Shown here piece by piece: positions 37,160-46,099 of a DNA stretch of 64,000 nt. This DNA is from a virus: the IMG/VR virus record IMGVR_UViG_3300009164_000039; one strand, written 5' to 3'. Below the pieces are notes generated by a model. The model made no database searches, was not told the DNA's origin, and saw nothing but the letters and a program-made list of their open reading frames with translations. Position 1 is the first letter of the stretch; each line of letters starts with the position of its first letter. The position numbers and the translations under genes are program-made.

Positions 37160-38157
37160 GCTACAACTGCCTCCGGATATGCGGCACTCAAAAACTCTGC
37201 ATAGTTCTGTGCTTGATCACCAATCTTGACCAACTGATGCTTGCCACAGAACTTCATAAACTTGACGCCAATTTGTGGAATGTCTTTGGGCACACTGCCG
37301 CCAGCAATGGTCTCTGCAATCTGCACTTTGACATCAACAGGCTGTGCTCGAAGGTCCACCAGCGTTACATTGCGTTCATAGTCATCCAGCACACGATGCT
37401 CATCGCCATTATGGTCCACCCAACGTTGCAACATGAGATTGTTCCAATTGAACCCTTTGGCTTTGCGATCGTCAAATGCTTCTTGCAAACCCACTTTGTT
37501 CTTGCTACCTTTGGTACGCACACCTGGATATGCAGAGAACACATTGTCAGTAGGATCGCCACGCATGCACTTCTCAAACAAGATCCATTCAGGTGCAGGA
37601 ACAACTTTGGGTTCCTTGGTCTTCTTGTCCATCACACGTTTGCCTTTGTGATCAAAGATACCTTGTAGCGTGTGCAGTTGATCTGCCACACCGTTGTACT
37701 GATTCACATTGTCGGCCAGCAACTGATAGAAGTCAGTGTCTGAACTTACTATGGTGTGGTGATCGTCAGGGTGACTTTGTATCCATCCTGCCACCAAGTC
37801 ATCTGCTTCGAGGTTGGCGTGTTGGAGAACTGTACAATTTGATTTTTCTGTAAAGAAGGATTTAAGGTCGTCGAATGCTTCCCAGAAGAGACGATCCTCT
37901 TCCAGCTCTGCGTCACTAAGTGCGGCACGTGCAACTGCCCGGTTTTTCTTGTAGGGTGCATAAAAGTCCTTTCGCCAGCTTCGACCTTCCAAACAGATTA
38001 CCACATGATTGGCACGTTGATCACGCCAGGCCTTGTGGATGCTTGCAAGTGTTACGTGAATAGCAAAGCCAACCTTTTCTTCGGGTGTGGCTGCTCGGTG
38101 TGCCGCATGACGGGCACGGAAGAATGTATTAGCGGTGTCTACGATTAGATAGTTCAT
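37156..38157 (-). CDS. rnh: T4 RNase H-like 5'-3' exonuclease (FEN/PIN-like)
   Basis: LIVDTAN, SWRK..Y..YKKNR, LEADD, SSDTD, GDPTDNV. Confidence 0.9.
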   Translation of the reverse strand: MNYLIVDTANTFFRARHAAHRAATPEEKVGFAIHVTLASIHKAWRDQRANHVVICLEGRSWRKDFYAPYKKNRAVARAALSDAELEEDRLFWEAFDDLKSFFTEKSNCTVLQHANLEADDLVAGWIQSHPDDHHTIVSSDTDFYQLLADNVNQYNGVADQLHTLQGIFDHKGKRVMDKKTKEPKVVPAPEWILFEKCMRGDPTDNVFSAYPGVRTKGSKNKVGLQEAFDDRKAKGFNWNNLMLQRWVDHNGDEHRVLDDYERNVTLVDLRAQPVDVKVQIAETIAGGSVPKDIPQIGVKFMKFCGKHQLVKIGDQAQNYAEFLSAAYPEAVVA

Positions 38158-38163
38158 GCAGTA

Positions 38164-38192
38164 ATAATAGCATATTATTTACCCCATGTCAA
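38164..38192 (-). promoter_or_regulatory. Sigma70-type promoter TTGACA-N17-TATTAT
   Basis: Boxes immediately upstream of rnh ATG. Confidence 0.7.
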
Positions 38193-38231
38193 GCGGTTTA
38201 GCAAGCTGAATTTGGAAAAGTTAGTCCAAAA

Positions 38232-38615
38232 TCAAGAGATTTCACTGCGACCATTACCTAGATCTTTTCGATTCACGCCACGTGGGTTCATGGCTTCGTA
38301 TTGTTCCCACGTTTCCAAAGCTACGTTTTTGCACACATCCTGGAACCAACGGTCGATAATCTGTTCATCATCTCGGCCAGCATAACCAGACTTGATCAGT
38401 TGCGCAATAAAGAACTCGTTCCAGTCCAGTTCAAATGCACCTTGACCAATGTTGTCTGCATCCAGTTCAATGCCCACAATGTTCACATAAGGTTTGCCTG
38501 CTTTGGTAGCTATCTCTTTTGGTGACAGTGTTTTCTTCACAGGTGCTTTTTTAGCCGCTGTTTTTTTTGCCGGAGCTGGTTCGGCTTCAACTGGTTTTGG
38601 TTTTTTAGTTGCCAT
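38232..38615 (-). CDS. Hypothetical protein
   Basis: TAATG overlap with queE; Lys/Pro-rich N-terminus; GAFELDWN. Confidence 0.7.
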   Translation of the reverse strand: MATKKPKPVEAEPAPAKKTAAKKAPVKKTLSPKEIATKAGKPYVNIVGIELDADNIGQGAFELDWNEFFIAQLIKSGYAGRDDEQIIDRWFQDVCKNVALETWEQYEAMNPRGVNRKDLGNGRSEIS

Positions 38616-39487
38616 TATTTTCCCCATCCATTGCCCCACAAGTCCACATGTAGACGAGGGCTGTAGTAGTAACCACGTTTCATTGCTTCGTCTGCCACAT
38701 GCACACGATTGGCATTGTATCCATTGGTAGTGCCGCCCACAGGCATCACATACACAGGACCCATGAATCCATTGCGTCGATATTCGTCAACTGCCTGGTC
38801 TACTTCTTCAAAGTCCACCAGCTTCTCAACCACAAACTTGAGATAGGTTACGCCGTATTCTTGATAGCCACACACAACATCAGGCTTGATGGCTTCTTCC
38901 CATGCTTCGCCACTTACACTTAGTTTGGGACTAACACTGAATTGCAGTTCACGGAACTGTCCCAGGTGATCTTCACGGAACTCACGATGCCATGCATCAA
39001 TGCCTTCTCGAAAATCATCTGCTAGATCTTGGGTGCCATTGGTTTCAAATGTCACAAAGTTAAGATCCAGCATACGCTGATCTTGCAACAGTTCTGTGTA
39101 TGCACGTTGCCACCCTAACAATGGTTCACCACCTGTGATGACCAAGTGTACGTCATTGCCATTGCCCTGCCGCCAGTTACCATTGGGACACAACTGTAAT
39201 ACTCTGTCAATAACAGCAGGTATCTCCAACATGGGGCTCAGGTCCTTGAACGCTGGATCCCAACTGGCATAGCTGTCACAACCTGTGTGTACCAGCGGCA
39301 GTTCTTCAAATGTCTTGTACTTGGTGGCATCTACCAAAGCACGTTCTGTGCTGAGTTCACCTGGCTTCATGCCAAAGCCTTCGCATTTGAAGTTGCATCC
39401 GAACGTGCGCAGGAACACACTGGGTACTCCTACATAGCGGCCTTCGCCTTGTGCTGAATAAAAAATTTCGCTAACTTTAAGTTTCAT
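38615..39487 (-). CDS. queE: 7-carboxy-7-deazaguanine synthase (radical SAM)
   Basis: SEIFYSAQGEG..G.PSVFLRTFGCNFKC..GCDS, ITGGEPL, ETNGT, SVSPKL, PRLHVDLW. Confidence 0.9.
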   Translation of the reverse strand: MKLKVSEIFYSAQGEGRYVGVPSVFLRTFGCNFKCEGFGMKPGELSTERALVDATKYKTFEELPLVHTGCDSYASWDPAFKDLSPMLEIPAVIDRVLQLCPNGNWRQGNGNDVHLVITGGEPLLGWQRAYTELLQDQRMLDLNFVTFETNGTQDLADDFREGIDAWHREFREDHLGQFRELQFSVSPKLSVSGEAWEEAIKPDVVCGYQEYGVTYLKFVVEKLVDFEEVDQAVDEYRRNGFMGPVYVMPVGGTTNGYNANRVHVADEAMKRGYYYSPRLHVDLWGNGWGK

Positions 39488-39505
39488 GTTTCACCTCTTT
39501 TGTCA

Positions 39506-40621
39506 TTATAACACTTCTGCAATAGCATTGCAAACAGTTTGCATATCATCCTTGCTCATTTCTAACCAGAACGGAATTGTTAGAGTTTGATCAGCAATGA
39601 GTTCTGCATTTACTATGCGTTCTGCGTTTGCTGACCAAAAGCCTGGATGTTTATTTACTAGCGGCTGATAAGGACGTTTAGTTTGTATTCCTTTATCTGC
39701 TAGATGTTGTTCGACTCGATTTCTAACAGTCGTAGATTCAAATCGCACCACAAACATCTGTCGGATGTAATCTCTACAGCCAGTTTGGAATCGCATTTGT
39801 TCACCAAACGGTGAATCACCAAACCGATATTCTAACAGGTCTTGATATGCATTGAGTTGCATGCGGAATTGTTGCAGTCTAGCGGGCCAACGATCCAGCA
39901 TGATATTAGCCACCGCCGCATGCAACTCACTTAGTTTTGCATTGGTTCCGTAGTCTTCTACAACCAACATACGATCTGTTGTGGACCGACCTAAGTTTTG
40001 GCCAAAGCTGGTCATTGATCGTTGCACACCTTGCAGTTCCTTGGTAGTGACAATGAATCCACCTTCGCCTGCTGGCAGTGCTTTTGTGGCATGCATACTG
40101 AACATGGCAGTACATGTCCCAACATCTGGTTGACTGCCGAACGCTTGAGCACAGTCCATCACAACAGGAATGCCTGTTTCTTTTGCAAACTCACTCCACT
40201 CATCTGCTGGCAGGGTATGTCCAAACGTGGCCACGGGAATGACCATCTTGATTTCACCAGGATACTTGTTCACAAGATCTCTGGCACGTGCGGGTGTTAG
40301 GATCCAATGATCAAGATCAATGTCACTTACTAACACACGATGTCCACAGCGTCTAACTGCGGTAGCAGTGGCAATGTATGTGAGTGCTGGTACCAGGATA
40401 TAACTGTTAACTGGGAGATAGTGGCTGGCAATGGCAACCTCAAGAGCAGTGGTTCCACTGGATGCAGTGACAATTGGCTTGTTAAAGATCTGGGTCAGTC
40501 TGCTCTCAAGGATGTTATTGATAGGACCAAAGTTGCTGTAATGCCCAGACTCATTCATCTGATTAATATAAGGGGCCAACTCATCAGCAGTTGGCAACAG
40601 TGGTTTCATCACATTCATCAA
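39506..40621 (-). CDS. DegT/DnrJ family PLP aminotransferase, DesI/VioA (sugar 4-aminotransferase)-like
   Basis: YSNFGP, SSGTTAL, DCAQAFG, FSMHATK (PLP Lys), EGG, GTNAKLSE. Confidence 0.85.
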   Translation of the reverse strand: MMNVMKPLLPTADELAPYINQMNESGHYSNFGPINNILESRLTQIFNKPIVTASSGTTALEVAIASHYLPVNSYILVPALTYIATATAVRRCGHRVLVSDIDLDHWILTPARARDLVNKYPGEIKMVIPVATFGHTLPADEWSEFAKETGIPVVMDCAQAFGSQPDVGTCTAMFSMHATKALPAGEGGFIVTTKELQGVQRSMTSFGQNLGRSTTDRMLVVEDYGTNAKLSELHAAVANIMLDRWPARLQQFRMQLNAYQDLLEYRFGDSPFGEQMRFQTGCRDYIRQMFVVRFESTTVRNRVEQHLADKGIQTKRPYQPLVNKHPGFWSANAERIVNAELIADQTLTIPFWLEMSKDDMQTVCNAIAEVL

Positions 40622-41046
40622 ATGTGATCGCCTTGAAAGTTACTTTGTTTTGGAGCCTCAGTAGGCCATTTCTTGTAGTTTCCTTTGCCTGGAATAGTGT
40701 TACGCACACCACCAACTGGATCTTCTACATCACCTGTTCTGCGAGGAATAAGATGAATGTGTGGCCAATTCACAGTCTGTCCTGCGGCACTGCCGTAGTT
40801 GAGACCAACATTGAACCCATCACATTCACCATTGTGTATCATGCGCTTGCCTTCACGCACAGCATCCTCAAAGGCCTGAGCCAGTATAGACAAACTGTTG
40901 TATTGTGGAACAAACAACTTGTGCCCTGGTGTGCAAGGATACCGATCATTGAACACCGCAACATGAAAGTCTTGTTTAACAGTATCGTCCCACGGAGCAG
41001 AACTGTCGTCAATATGTTCTGGGCCTTCGAATATTTCTTCAACCAT
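40618..41046 (-). CDS. HIT family nucleotide hydrolase
   Basis: DRYPCTPGHKLFVP, GFNVGLNYGSAAGQTV.WPHIHLIPR. Confidence 0.9.
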   Translation of the reverse strand: MVEEIFEGPEHIDDSSAPWDDTVKQDFHVAVFNDRYPCTPGHKLFVPQYNSLSILAQAFEDAVREGKRMIHNGECDGFNVGLNYGSAAGQTVNWPHIHLIPRRTGDVEDPVGGVRNTIPGKGNYKKWPTEAPKQSNFQGDHI

Positions 41047-41047
41047 A

Positions 41048-41593
41048 TTAACCTTCATAGATTGCAGAATTGCCTGCGTGTTCAAAGCATTCCACACTCA
41101 ACAATTTAACGCGAGCGTGTTCATCACCCAGCAAGTTTTTGTACTTGTTGGTAGGGTCATCATTGAGCCAATCGTTTGTCCAAGCATACACAAATTCTGC
41201 AAACTTTTCACAACCCACAGCAGGCAGTGTGATTAGATTGATAACACCTTTGTTGCCTACAGGATGTGCTTGAACTTCTTCTGGCTTGCCGTTTAGTTCA
41301 GCATCTGCACTCCAACCTGACATGGCTTGAAACTGCTCAAGCATGGGATCATCTTGTGCCACAACCATGGTGTGATCAAATGTTTTTTCCAGGAATGCTT
41401 TGAGCTCGGCCAGGCCGCCAAAGTCTTGTACCCAGTTGCGCTCGTCCAGTTCTTCTGCTTCAAACACAAACTTGAAACCCAAACTGTATCCATGTAGCAA
41501 ACTGCAATGACTGTGCGTGGCACGCCATTGTCTAAAAGTGCAACTCAGTCCACGATCGTTACCATAAGTTTTGGTACTAAAGCGTCTTGCCAT
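41048..41593 (-). CDS. queD: 6-carboxytetrahydropterin synthase / PTPS family, paralog A
   Basis: RQWRATHSHCSLLHGY, WVQDFGGL, FDHT, CEKFA. Confidence 0.85.
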   Translation of the reverse strand: MARRFSTKTYGNDRGLSCTFRQWRATHSHCSLLHGYSLGFKFVFEAEELDERNWVQDFGGLAELKAFLEKTFDHTMVVAQDDPMLEQFQAMSGWSADAELNGKPEEVQAHPVGNKGVINLITLPAVGCEKFAEFVYAWTNDWLNDDPTNKYKNLLGDEHARVKLLSVECFEHAGNSAIYEG

Positions 41594-41614
41594 TTGAATC
41601 TCCTGATTGAAAGT

Positions 41615-41785
41615 TTACCAATGATGAATTACGCCAGCCACAATAAAGCAGTTGGTCAGTACATAGCATAACACAATTACTGTACGAATGCAAGCAATTC
41701 GGTCTGCTTCAGCATCCGAATCGCCTGTTTTTTCGCCCAAACTTTTTGCCCAAAGGCGCCAAATTTTACGCAAATAGATCTTCAT
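41615..41785 (-). CDS. Small membrane protein
   Basis: WRLWAKSLGEK..DRIACIRTVIVLCYVLTNCFIVAGVIHHW. Confidence 0.6.
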   Translation of the reverse strand: MKIYLRKIWRLWAKSLGEKTGDSDAEADRIACIRTVIVLCYVLTNCFIVAGVIHHW

Positions 41786-42272
41786 TCCATTCACGATGGC
41801 CTTCACGGAACGCCATGTTTGATTGGGTTTCACGTACTTCCACACGATAGCACCACAGTCGCTTGGCTTCACCTTCACCCCACATTTCGGGAATGTACAC
41901 ACCATTCACATACTTGTACAGCATGTCGCTTAGGCCTTCGCAACCTAGTCGTGGTAACACCACAACCTTGGCCATGTTGCGCTCTTGCAACAGTTTGTAT
42001 ATTTCCATTTCTGGATCATCTTGTGCCACGATCAAGGTATGGTCAAATTGGTCTTCAAGGATCTTCTTGAGTTCTTTGAGTCCGCCGTAGTCTGCGGCCC
42101 AGTTGCGCACGTCTAGGTCATTGGTTCCAAAATAGAACTTCATTGAGAATGAGTAACCATGTATTAGATTACAATGACTATCACTCCTCCATTGACGGTA
42201 GGCGCATGGAAATGCGTCGTGATACTCTTTGGTACTTTGGTATTTGTATACCACTGGTTGTAGTGCTGACAT
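41766..42272 (-). CDS. queD: 6-carboxytetrahydropterin synthase / PTPS family, paralog B
   Basis: RQWRSDSHCNLIHGY, WAADYGGL, FDHT, GCEGL. Confidence 0.88.
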   Translation of the reverse strand: MSALQPVVYKYQSTKEYHDAFPCAYRQWRSDSHCNLIHGYSFSMKFYFGTNDLDVRNWAADYGGLKELKKILEDQFDHTLIVAQDDPEMEIYKLLQERNMAKVVVLPRLGCEGLSDMLYKYVNGVYIPEMWGEGEAKRLWCYRVEVRETQSNMAFREGHREWNEDLFA

Positions 42273-42281
42273 GCTGTTTCT

Positions 42282-42341
42282 CCTATGTTGTTTAGCATAG
42301 GCTGGCAGAGTTTGATATAGCGGGATGAAGCCAAGGCCGCT
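42282..42341 (-). ncRNA. Candidate cis-regulatory RNA (H-type pseudoknot plus SD-occluding hairpin) in queD 5' UTR
   Basis: AGCGG/CCGCU stem, 13-nt loop containing UGGC pairing with downstream GCCA, A-rich linker; CCUAUG/CAUAGG hairpin covers AGG of AGGAG. Confidence 0.55.
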
Positions 42342-42347
42342 TACAAC

Positions 42348-42353
42348 TATTTA
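42348..42353 (-). promoter_or_regulatory. Putative late promoter TAAATA
   Basis: Immediately 5' of the structured queD leader. Confidence 0.5.
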
Positions 42354-42842
42354 TTTTTGGCTAGGTCCGCCGGTGTCGTCTGATCCTGTCGGCTCATATA
42401 ATTGTATCTTCTTTTTCAAGTCTTCTGCATTGGCCACACGCTGGCGAAGTTCACTAGAACTAAAACTGTGATCACGACCGTTAAAGTATAGATCAATGTT
42501 TCGCTTGTGACAAATCTCACGACCAGTAAACTCTTTACCTTCGTACTCTACCCCCAGGATACGCATGTCAATTGGCAGGATAAGAAGCAAGTCTTCAAGA
42601 TCTTTTTCTGTGTTGTAGACCCATACTTCGTCCACGTACTTGCAACCTACCAGTTGTAGTTGACGTTCCACTACACTTTGTACCGGACGATTCTTGTTAG
42701 GGCGATCCAAGGTTGGGTCGTTTTGTAGAGCACAAATCAGGTACTCGCATTGTTCTTTTGACTCGCGAAGCATGGCAATGTGCCCTGCATGTAGCAAGTC
42801 AAATGTTGAGGCTGTGAAGCCTACTCGTTTTCCATTCATCAT
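42351..42842 (-). CDS. Cytidylyltransferase, TagD (glycerol-3-phosphate CTase)-like
   Basis: TFDLLHAGH (HxGH), VERQLQL..CKYVDEV, RDHSFSSS. Confidence 0.85.
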   Translation of the reverse strand: MMNGKRVGFTASTFDLLHAGHIAMLRESKEQCEYLICALQNDPTLDRPNKNRPVQSVVERQLQLVGCKYVDEVWVYNTEKDLEDLLLILPIDMRILGVEYEGKEFTGREICHKRNIDLYFNGRDHSFSSSELRQRVANAEDLKKKIQLYEPTGSDDTGGPSQK

Positions 42843-43174
42843 TTTAGTTCTCTCTTAAATCCCTTGAATTCTCCAGATGCAGTTGATATCAACGTGCTTT
42901 CTGAATTGAATAATTCTATGTCAATGGTCCAAACATCGTCAACAATTGACTTTACTAAACCTCTGCCCGTGATAGTAGGGGTACGATATGTCTTAACAAG
43001 ATCTATGTTTAGATTCTTTGTTAGTCCGTTGTATCCTGCCTGTCCTAATAGCATACTACCAACCATGTCTGCACACAACCAAGTGTACCATCCTGCTACA
43101 ATTCTAACCTCGGGACGTATTACAAACTTCGGGTCTACAGCAGACAGTTTCACAACAATAGATTTGTCAGGCAC
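42839..43174 (-). CDS. Hotdog-fold (PaaI thioesterase-like) protein; start uncertain (GTG)
   Basis: AGW..LCADMVG..TKNLNIDL..LISTASGEF pattern. Confidence 0.5.
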   Translation of the reverse strand: MPDKSIVVKLSAVDPKFVIRPEVRIVAGWYTWLCADMVGSMLLGQAGYNGLTKNLNIDLVKTYRTPTITGRGLVKSIVDDVWTIDIELFNSESTLISTASGEFKGFKRELK

Positions 43175-43224
43175 ATGCTCTAGTATACTGTACGACAGTA
43201 TGTTAGTGCAATAGTCAAGTGATT

Positions 43225-43800
43225 TTATTTCTCCCACCAGCACTCCCACGGAAACACCACCCACGATGGTTCCTCTAGTTTGTTAATAGTTAGTCCTACG
43301 TAATCCACGTTCTTAAATTCACTGGCCTCATTGTTTACGACAGTGGCAAAGCGAACAGTGTTGTGCCAGATATCTGCCCAGTCTGGATCATTGGGCAAGC
43401 AACCACTTGGCCAGTCTTCCTTGATCCAGTTCAGTGTGCGACCTGAATCGTTGATGTCATCCACAATCAAGATCTTCTTGCGTAGTGCAGGTTCAGTTGT
43501 TACCCGATCAGGGTCACGAGCCACAGGAAGCTCAGTGCCTTCGTAGGGAACATAACCATACGCATCTTCTGCCATCCACAAGTTACTTTCAGGGCCAGAT
43601 TCAGCGTCACGGAAACTGATGTGTAGGGTGTACATGGGCACGTCAAGATACTGACTGATCATCACAGCAGGAACCAATCCTCCACGTGTGATGCCTACCA
43701 CATAGTCAGGCCGCCAATCACCCAGCTCACGAATGATATTTCGCACATGCTTTCGTATGTGTTTGTTGTTTAATTCAATAAGTTTGTTCTTCGTAATCAT
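43225..43800 (-). CDS. Purine phosphoribosyltransferase (Gpt/Hpt-like)
   Basis: VVGITRGGLVPA, ILIVDDINDSGRT PRPP loop, VVFPWE. Confidence 0.88.
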   Translation of the reverse strand: MITKNKLIELNNKHIRKHVRNIIRELGDWRPDYVVGITRGGLVPAVMISQYLDVPMYTLHISFRDAESGPESNLWMAEDAYGYVPYEGTELPVARDPDRVTTEPALRKKILIVDDINDSGRTLNWIKEDWPSGCLPNDPDWADIWHNTVRFATVVNNEASEFKNVDYVGLTINKLEEPSWVVFPWECWWEK

Positions 43801-44131
43801 TTTTTGGTACCTTTATGTCATGGTCGATAATGTTGTCTGGCCATTTTAATATGAACAGACTGGCTTCTGGTGCAAACTCTTCTCTCATGTGTAGCATGTA
43901 TGTGCCACTACCGTCGTTGAACTTGTGGCTCCACTTGGCGCCCACACCTGGCATGCGAACACGATAGTGTTTTTCTACCTTGTGCCCACCACGCATGGTA
44001 TAGTGTGGATCTGCAATCTCCTGGGCTTCTGCGCCCATCATGACCCACCAGTCAACCATCTCTTGGGTGAGCGCATAGCAAACAACTCTAAATGGCCTTA
44101 GCGCCACCACGCCGGGTGAGATAACTTTCAT
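43775..44131 (-). CDS. Hypothetical protein
   Basis: ORF in operon. Confidence 0.6.
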   Translation of the reverse strand: MKVISPGVVALRPFRVVCYALTQEMVDWWVMMGAEAQEIADPHYTMRGGHKVEKHYRVRMPGVGAKWSHKFNDGSGTYMLHMREEFAPEASLFILKWPDNIIDHDIKVPKNDYEEQTY

Positions 44132-44561
44132 TGTGTTCCCAATCTGTTCGTGGATTCTTACCTGTCAAGAATCCCCATTCTCGTTTGTGTGGTCCGGGCA
44201 TGAACAAGGTCCAGGCAGTCACGCCAGGATCCAATTCGATGCGATGATAACTGCCAGCACTGCAAGTGCGAAAGTGTCCGGGCCCACGCCAGTAACGAAT
44301 CTCGTTGATTTTCTCGCCAATTGTATTAAAAACTGGAACCCATTCATAATAGCCACCTTTCAGTATTAGCGTTGCATACGGCCACGGATGATCATGAACA
44401 TCATCTGGATCGCCTTTCAGGAACTTGTGTAAAAACACATTGAACGGAAAACGCTCTCGTTCTTTCAAGAACAAGTAATAGCGTTCCAAGTAAGGTTCGT
44501 TGGCAATCCTGTCATAGATCACACGCTTACGACCCAACCGTTCAAGCAATTTAAGAAACAT
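44088..44561 (-). CDS. Cupin-like protein
   Basis: LHKF..DVHDHPW..LILKGGYYE..HRIEL. Confidence 0.65.
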   Translation of the reverse strand: MFLKLLERLGRKRVIYDRIANEPYLERYYLFLKERERFPFNVFLHKFLKGDPDDVHDHPWPYATLILKGGYYEWVPVFNTIGEKINEIRYWRGPGHFRTCSAGSYHRIELDPGVTAWTLFMPGPHKREWGFLTGKNPRTDWEHNESYLTRRGGAKAI

Positions 44562-44562
44562 G

Positions 44563-45111
44563 TTATTCCTTATCGTTGGCACCAACAGAGCTGCCTTTGT
44601 AGTTAGGTGATTTTAACAGATCTTGCACACGTTCTGCAACCATTGATGTTGCCGAACTTGGAGGAACTGCACCGTATCCTGGGTCTAGCCGTGTCGTGCC
44701 TGTGGATGTTTGATTTTGTGCCCAGATTGTGCCGGGTGGATAAGTAATAGGATGCGTTGGCCAACCAGTGCCTCCACCTGTTCCAGGCCACGGGGTACCT
44801 GGCACATAAGGGCCAAGCGGAACGCTTCCGCCTCCCAAACCTCCGCCTGGGTAGACTTGTTTGCGCTGTTGATCTGACTCAAGTCTTTCCAACCTCCGAA
44901 TAAGATCACGTTGATTCTCAAACATGCGGCGCATTGGACCGTCACGATGATCATGTCGGGCATGGTTACGAGCCAGTGCCGCGATCACCATTAGATGCTG
45001 TAGTGTTTTTTGCACACCAGGATCATCACTAGTAAGTGCTTCATCAAACAAGTCAATAAATGCTTCTAAATCAAAGTCTGCTGAATCTTTTTCTCTGTAT
45101 GCCCCACTCAT
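44563..45111 (-). CDS. Hypothetical protein with Pro/Gly-rich C-terminal region
   Basis: ORF in operon. Confidence 0.65.
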   Translation of the reverse strand: MSGAYREKDSADFDLEAFIDLFDEALTSDDPGVQKTLQHLMVIAALARNHARHDHRDGPMRRMFENQRDLIRRLERLESDQQRKQVYPGGGLGGGSVPLGPYVPGTPWPGTGGGTGWPTHPITYPPGTIWAQNQTSTGTTRLDPGYGAVPPSSATSMVAERVQDLLKSPNYKGSSVGANDKE

Positions 45112-45112
45112 A

Positions 45113-45349
45113 TTACCACTCCGTTGCTGAATTGTCGTCTAGATATTTGTCTACCATGGCATTTGCTTCTGCAAGATTGATAGCGTGTACAGTGACAGTC
45201 ATCACTTGATGATTCATTTTGATATCGTAAGGTTGTCTACCGTTGAATAAAAAATTCTCCGGAACACTGCGCACGATGTCAAACTTTTGTAGACTTCGTG
45301 CGCGGCTGATCAAGTTGTTGGCAAGGTCAACCGAGTTCATATTACGCAC
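45113..45349 (-). CDS. Hypothetical protein
   Basis: ORF in operon. Confidence 0.55.
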   Translation of the reverse strand: MRNMNSVDLANNLISRARSLQKFDIVRSVPENFLFNGRQPYDIKMNHQVMTVTVHAINLAEANAMVDKYLDDNSATEW

Positions 45350-46034
45350 GTTTGCAGGTGTTCACGATATTCATGAACTCGTTACGCACACTAGGATCGT
45401 TCTTGAACACGCCGCCTAGTTTACTTGTAACAGTGCTTGAGCCCACATCTTCCACACCGCGACTTTTCACACAGTAGTGTTGAGCATCAACTACCACAGC
45501 CACGTTGTCTGTTTCTAGAATAAAGCTCAAGGCATGAAACACCTGCTCGGTAAGACGTTCTTGAATCTGCGGACGTTTTGCAAAGTATTCAACGATTCTG
45601 TTGATCTTGCTTAGTCCTAGAACCTTTTGCTTGGGAATGTATGCCACAGTTGCCACACCGTCAATCACAACAAAGTGATGTTCACAGTTGCTCTGTACAT
45701 TGACGTTGCGTTCCACAACCATTTCGTCGTACTTCATCTTGTTGTCTACAGTTGTGCATTTGGGAAATGCTTCAACATCTAGGCCCCAAAAGATTTCATT
45801 TACATACATCTTGGCCACACGCTTGGGTGTGTCAATTAGACTGTCGTCTGACAAGTCCAAGCCCAAGATTTTCATGATAGCATCAAATGCTAGTTCAATC
45901 TTTTCAATTTTTTCTTTGCGATCACACAATGATTCCACAGAGCCCACACCAGGTGTTTCCACACCCTTGCTCAATAGATGTTCGTGTACTGCACGACCCA
46001 GAATTGGATCAGTTTTTGTTTTATTATAACTCAT
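45342..46034 (-). CDS. folE: GTP cyclohydrolase I
   Basis: TPKRVAK, SNCEHHF, GLSKINR, RPQIQERLT, HYCVKSRG. Confidence 0.97.
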   Translation of the reverse strand: MSYNKTKTDPILGRAVHEHLLSKGVETPGVGSVESLCDRKEKIEKIELAFDAIMKILGLDLSDDSLIDTPKRVAKMYVNEIFWGLDVEAFPKCTTVDNKMKYDEMVVERNVNVQSNCEHHFVVIDGVATVAYIPKQKVLGLSKINRIVEYFAKRPQIQERLTEQVFHALSFILETDNVAVVVDAQHYCVKSRGVEDVGSSTVTSKLGGVFKNDPSVRNEFMNIVNTCKRA

Positions 46035-46093
46035 GATAACCTTCCTTTGTGATGGTTTTGTTTTGATAGTTTGCTACCTTTGTGTAGCACAAG

Positions 46094-46099
46094 TATTTA
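46094..46099 (-). promoter_or_regulatory. Putative late promoter TAAATA before folE, followed by 6-bp hairpin 46072..46089
   Basis: Motif overlaps galE stop; TGCTAC/GTAGCA hairpin. Confidence 0.5.
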
